DNA from: Spirochaetota bacterium
Lineage (GTDB): Bacteria > Spirochaetota > JAAYUW01 > JAOAHJ01
Direction of reading: 5' to 3'
Length of the DNA: 64,000 nt
Assembly (NCBI GenBank): GCA_026415295.1
Contig: JAOAHJ010000026.1
Span: 11,638-75,637 of the forward strand
The notes under the pieces are model-generated. The model made no database searches. It worked only from the letters and a program-made list of their open reading frames with translations, and was not told the DNA's origin. A program made the position numbers and the translations under genes. Shown here piece after piece: positions 60,711 through 64,000 of this stretch; position 1 is the first letter of the stretch, and every line of letters starts with the position of its first letter.

Positions 60711-61748
60711 ATGATAGAGTATAATAAAAAAATAATATATACATTTACTAAACCCATTTTACCATCTCTATTAATATTTACAATATTATTATCCTCTTTT
60801 GCAATTCCACAAACTATCTATGCAAAAAATATAAATGAGGTCTTCAATAAAATAAATGAAGTTTCAAATAATTTTATAAATAAAATAAAAAGTAAAATAA
60901 TCAAAATATTCTATTTTGACAAAAAACAAAAATTTATAAAATATGAAAATCAAGTCTTTTTTGCAAAACTATATCTAGAGACAATTCTTGAAAATTCATT
61001 ATATGAAGGGCTAAATTACATTGATAGATCATCAAAAGAAAAAATCAGTTTGTATTATCTCGAAGAAATCGAAAGCAATTACAAACCTTTAATTCTAAAT
61101 AAATATAAAGAATATTATTTTTCTTTTTATTCAAATAATAATGACTTTAGTAAAATTTACTTATATTTATATAAGCCCAATGGAAATATTATAAAAAACT
61201 TTATTGTTAAAAATATAAATTATGAGATATTAGAAACAAATAATATTTTTATTGCAGACTCTATAGAAAAAAAATTCTTTTTCGTAAATATATATTCAAA
61301 TTTAAATTATTTTGATAAGGAAGTTTTTATTTACACATGGGCTCCAAAATTATCACTGCTTGATTATATATTGATCTTTTCTCTTTTACTTTTAATTATT
61401 TTTCTAATAATAATTACCCAAACTTATTATTCTATTCTTTTAGAAAAAAAAATAATTAATGTAAATGAAAAAAATGAAATTTTAGAATTAAATAAAAAAG
61501 AATTCAGCTACATTAACCTAAATGATGAAAAAAATAACTCAATTAATTTTAAAAAGAAAGATACCAATAAAAGTTTAATTGAAAAAACAAATTTTTTGAA
61601 TAATAATTATAAAGAAGATAAAATTGAATCAAAAATAAAAACTAGCGAAGATAATTTAAATCTTATTGAAAACAAAAATTTAAATGAAAAAGAATTTAAT
61701 TTTGATAAAGAAATTAAAGAAATAGAAAAAGAAATATTGGATTTATAA
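60711..61748 (+). CDS. Hypothetical membrane protein (signal peptide, extracytoplasmic domain, TM, K/E-rich cytoplasmic tail)
   Basis: Hydrophobic N-terminus and LSLLDYILIFSLLLLIIFLIII TM; no family assigned. Confidence 0.5.
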   Translation: MIEYNKKIIYTFTKPILPSLLIFTILLSSFAIPQTIYAKNINEVFNKINEVSNNFINKIKSKIIKIFYFDKKQKFIKYENQVFFAKLYLETILENSLYEGLNYIDRSSKEKISLYYLEEIESNYKPLILNKYKEYYFSFYSNNNDFSKIYLYLYKPNGNIIKNFIVKNINYEILETNNIFIADSIEKKFFFVNIYSNLNYFDKEVFIYTWAPKLSLLDYILIFSLLLLIIFLIIITQTYYSILLEKKIINVNEKNEILELNKKEFSYINLNDEKNNSINFKKKDTNKSLIEKTNFLNNNYKEDKIESKIKTSEDNLNLIENKNLNEKEFNFDKEIKEIEKEILDL

Positions 61749-61853
61749 TACTTTATTTAATCAATATATTTAAAAAAATTAGATATTGGATTTAATTTAT
61801 ATATTAATTTTTTTTTATAATAAATTAAAAAATAAAAAATTGGGAGATTATAA

Positions 61854-63959
61854 ATGGATAAAGGTTTAAAGAATTTGCTTATTTCGATAGTTATTGCTCT
61901 TTCAATCTTTATTTTAATTTTAATATTTATTAAAACAAATATTATATCATTTAATATAAATATATTAACTAACAATGATCAGCAAAAATACTTTAAGAAT
62001 TTATTAAATATAAAAACAAGTTTTTATGAATATATAGATGTTAAAAAAACAAAAATAAAAATTGGACTTATTAATAATATTTTTATTAATAATTTTTTAA
62101 ACTATAAAGGAACAAAAGAATTAGAGTTCTTAATTCAAACATTTCTAAATAACAATGAAGATATAATAGCTATTACCTTAATAGATAAAAATGGAAAAAT
62201 ATTTTTTACATCTCCGGAAAATCCAGATTTAAATAATAAATCAATAAATACTTTAATTTTGAACGAGTATTTAAAAAACAATTTTGTTTTTGATAATTTA
62301 CTTTCAAAGTATGATCAGTATTCGAAAATAGCATCAATAATAATACCTTACCCTATTTATAATAACAAAGATAGTAGTTTTTCTGGTTTAGCTCTATTTC
62401 ACATTCATGGAAGTAGTATTGCAAAAGAAATAAAAGAAAGATCTTCTGTAGATATTAATTCATTAATTTATCAATTAGGTAATAATGTTATAATTTTTTC
62501 ACCATATTCAGAACTTCTCGAGGATAAGAAAGAGCTCTCTAGAATTATAAATACTATCTCTAAAGAAAATAAACTTGGATTTATGGGTCCAAGTAAAGAA
62601 TTCAAATCAACTAAAGGCACCTATTATATTTTTTATGATGCAACCCCTTCAGAATCAAATTATAAATTTGGTCTAATAACTATTAAAATTCAAACAAATA
62701 AATTTCAATTATTACTTATTACAATATATGCAATATCAATCATTGCTCTTATAATATATATTTTATTAGTATCATTTAGCATTGCAGAAAAGGAAATTAA
62801 AAAATCTCCTTATATCGAAAAAAAAGATAAAAAATTTATTAAAAGAGAAGAAGATGAATTTTTAGATTCAGTCTCAAAGAAAAGTTTCTCTGACCACTAT
62901 CTTGAAGAAGCTTATACCCCTACAAGTGTATATTCAGCAACTCAAACCAAAGAAAGCAAAAAAGAAGAGTTAAAAAGTTTAATAAAAGATATATCCAAAA
63001 GTGATTCATTAAAAGCAAAAGAAGTACCACAAGAATTTGATCATTTTGATATAGAACTACCATCACTTGCTGAAGATGAAAAGATTTTAGAAGAAAAAAC
63101 CTCTGAAGAAATTGAGCTTCCTTCTTTAGAGGAAGAACCTAAAATATCTGAAGAAGAGATCGAACTTCCTTCTCTTGAAGAACAAACTTTAATTGAAGAA
63201 AAAATACCTGAATCCCTTGAAGCTGAAGAGGAACTTGAACTTCCTAAACTTGATGAAGAAACTTTATCCTCTTTTGATCAACAACCTACTGAAGAAATTG
63301 AACTTAAAGAAGAAAAAAGTAGTGAATTTGAACTACCTGAATTAAGTGAAGAGATTGTTTCTACTGAAGAAGAAAAAACCTCTGAAGAAATTGAACTTCC
63401 TTCTTTAGAGGAAGAACCTAAAATATCTGAAGAAGAGATTGAACTTCCTTCTCTTGAAGAGCAAACTTTAACTGAAGAAAAAATACCTGAATCCCTTGAA
63501 ACTGAAGATAAAGATATTGCTTTATCAGATAAAGAAATAAGTGATATTTTTCAAGATGCCGAAACAAAACAAATATCTCCATTCGATCAGATATCTAAAG
63601 AATATGCTATAAATTTTAAAATAGATAATATTATTATATTAAAAAATGAAAACAATAAATTTGTAACAGTTGGCTCTTCAAACGAAAATTTTAGTTTAAC
63701 TTTTGACAATGATGAACCATTAATCGAAAAATTATTAGAACTCAAAAAAGATATTTATATACCACAAGGAATCTATAAATTTAAACCCCTTCTTGATAAA
63801 GACGAAGATTTCTTTTCAAATATTGATGGGATCTATTTAAAACCTAAATTTGAAGGAATTAAATTAAACAATATTATTTGTTTCTTTCTTAAAAAAGGGA
63901 AAACATACGATAAAGAAATTTTGCTTAATATTGCTAACAAAATATCAGCTTTAATTTAA
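61854..63959 (+). CDS. Membrane-anchored acidic repeat protein (ELPSLEE repeats)
   Basis: GGGAG SD; N-terminal TM, second TM around residue 290, then E-rich region with repeated EEIELPSLEEEPKISEEEIELPSLEEQTL blocks. Confidence 0.65.
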   Translation: MDKGLKNLLISIVIALSIFILILIFIKTNIISFNINILTNNDQQKYFKNLLNIKTSFYEYIDVKKTKIKIGLINNIFINNFLNYKGTKELEFLIQTFLNNNEDIIAITLIDKNGKIFFTSPENPDLNNKSINTLILNEYLKNNFVFDNLLSKYDQYSKIASIIIPYPIYNNKDSSFSGLALFHIHGSSIAKEIKERSSVDINSLIYQLGNNVIIFSPYSELLEDKKELSRIINTISKENKLGFMGPSKEFKSTKGTYYIFYDATPSESNYKFGLITIKIQTNKFQLLLITIYAISIIALIIYILLVSFSIAEKEIKKSPYIEKKDKKFIKREEDEFLDSVSKKSFSDHYLEEAYTPTSVYSATQTKESKKEELKSLIKDISKSDSLKAKEVPQEFDHFDIELPSLAEDEKILEEKTSEEIELPSLEEEPKISEEEIELPSLEEQTLIEEKIPESLEAEEELELPKLDEETLSSFDQQPTEEIELKEEKSSEFELPELSEEIVSTEEEKTSEEIELPSLEEEPKISEEEIELPSLEEQTLTEEKIPESLETEDKDIALSDKEISDIFQDAETKQISPFDQISKEYAINFKIDNIIILKNENNKFVTVGSSNENFSLTFDNDEPLIEKLLELKKDIYIPQGIYKFKPLLDKDEDFFSNIDGIYLKPKFEGIKLNNIICFFLKKGKTYDKEILLNIANKISALI
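63089..63507 (+). repeat. Two ~140-bp near-identical direct repeats (63089-63228 and 63368-63507) offset by 279 bp, in frame, inside the acidic-repeat gene
   Basis: Direct comparison of the two segments shows only a handful of mismatches over ~140 bp; 279 = 93 codons. Confidence 0.8.
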
Positions 63960-64000
63960 TTTATATTAATTTATTAAATTAATAATAAAATTTTGAAAAA

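Noticed and set aside
61757-61975. 72-aa minus-strand ORF
   Set aside because: Overlaps the start and SD of the well-supported plus-strand gene at 61854.
1-64000. Search for tRNA, rRNA, CRISPR arrays, transposases/integrases flanking the glycan island
   Set aside because: No GC-rich cloverleaf-like segments, no regularly spaced short repeats, and no transposase/integrase-like ORFs recognised by eye. Absence cannot be proven without tRNAscan/Infernal.

Overview
This is a very AT-rich bacterial window (GC roughly in the mid-20s % by eye), with GGAGG-type ribosome-binding sites, lipoprotein signal peptides and several chemoreceptor genes. These indicate a motile, low-GC bacterium; I cannot place it taxonomically from sequence alone. 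A Thermotogota-like or other low-GC motile lineage is possible; Fusobacterium is unlikely because it is non-motile.

The window is dominated by a large mosaic surface-glycan island (O-antigen, capsule or S-layer/toga glycan). At the 5' end is a GtrA / polyprenyl-phosphate-sugar synthase / GT-C module with an IspD-family cytidylyltransferase, a GT2 paired with an MsbA-like ABC exporter, and an HldE-domain-I-like sugar kinase. A short plus-strand block follows: glycosyltransferase, AsnB-like amidotransferase, glycosyltransferase. Then about 31 kb (12.3-43.7 kb) carries roughly 28 tightly packed, often 4-nt-overlapping genes, all on the minus strand. They encode several nucleotide-sugar pathways.

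- A PglF/PglE-type 4-amino-4,6-dideoxy-HexNAc pathway.
- A WecA/WbpL initiating transferase, an O-antigen-ligase-family protein, and Wzz- and Wzy-like proteins.
- A complete fnlABC-type UDP-L-FucNAc operon.
- A PseA/WbpG-type amidotransferase with its own HisH/HisF paralogs (acetamidino formation).
- A Wzx flippase.
- A contiguous GDP-type legionaminic-acid-like nonulosonate pathway (LegF, PtmE, LegG, LegI, LegH, LegC, LegB).
- WbpA/WbpE-like enzymes of a di-N-acetyl-hexuronic acid pathway.

The most unusual structural observation is that three tandem paralogous methyl-accepting chemotaxis protein genes sit inside this wbp-like operon. On one side is a wbpD-like acetyltransferase gene. On the other is a 3' remnant of a wbpI/wecB-type 2-epimerase gene, which begins in frame immediately after the stop codon of the last MCP gene. 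A small HTH regulator beside the remnant is flanked by two copies of a TGTTCA-N5-TGAACA palindrome, a candidate operator.

Downstream are a large unknown membrane-anchored protein, an NrdH-like glutaredoxin divergent from a MarR regulator, a secreted tandem-CBM48-like protein, a CheW-like/TM/coiled-coil/TPR protein, uvrB, and an acidic-repeat membrane protein with a 140-bp in-frame direct repeat. I could not recognise any tRNA, rRNA, CRISPR array or obvious transposase.
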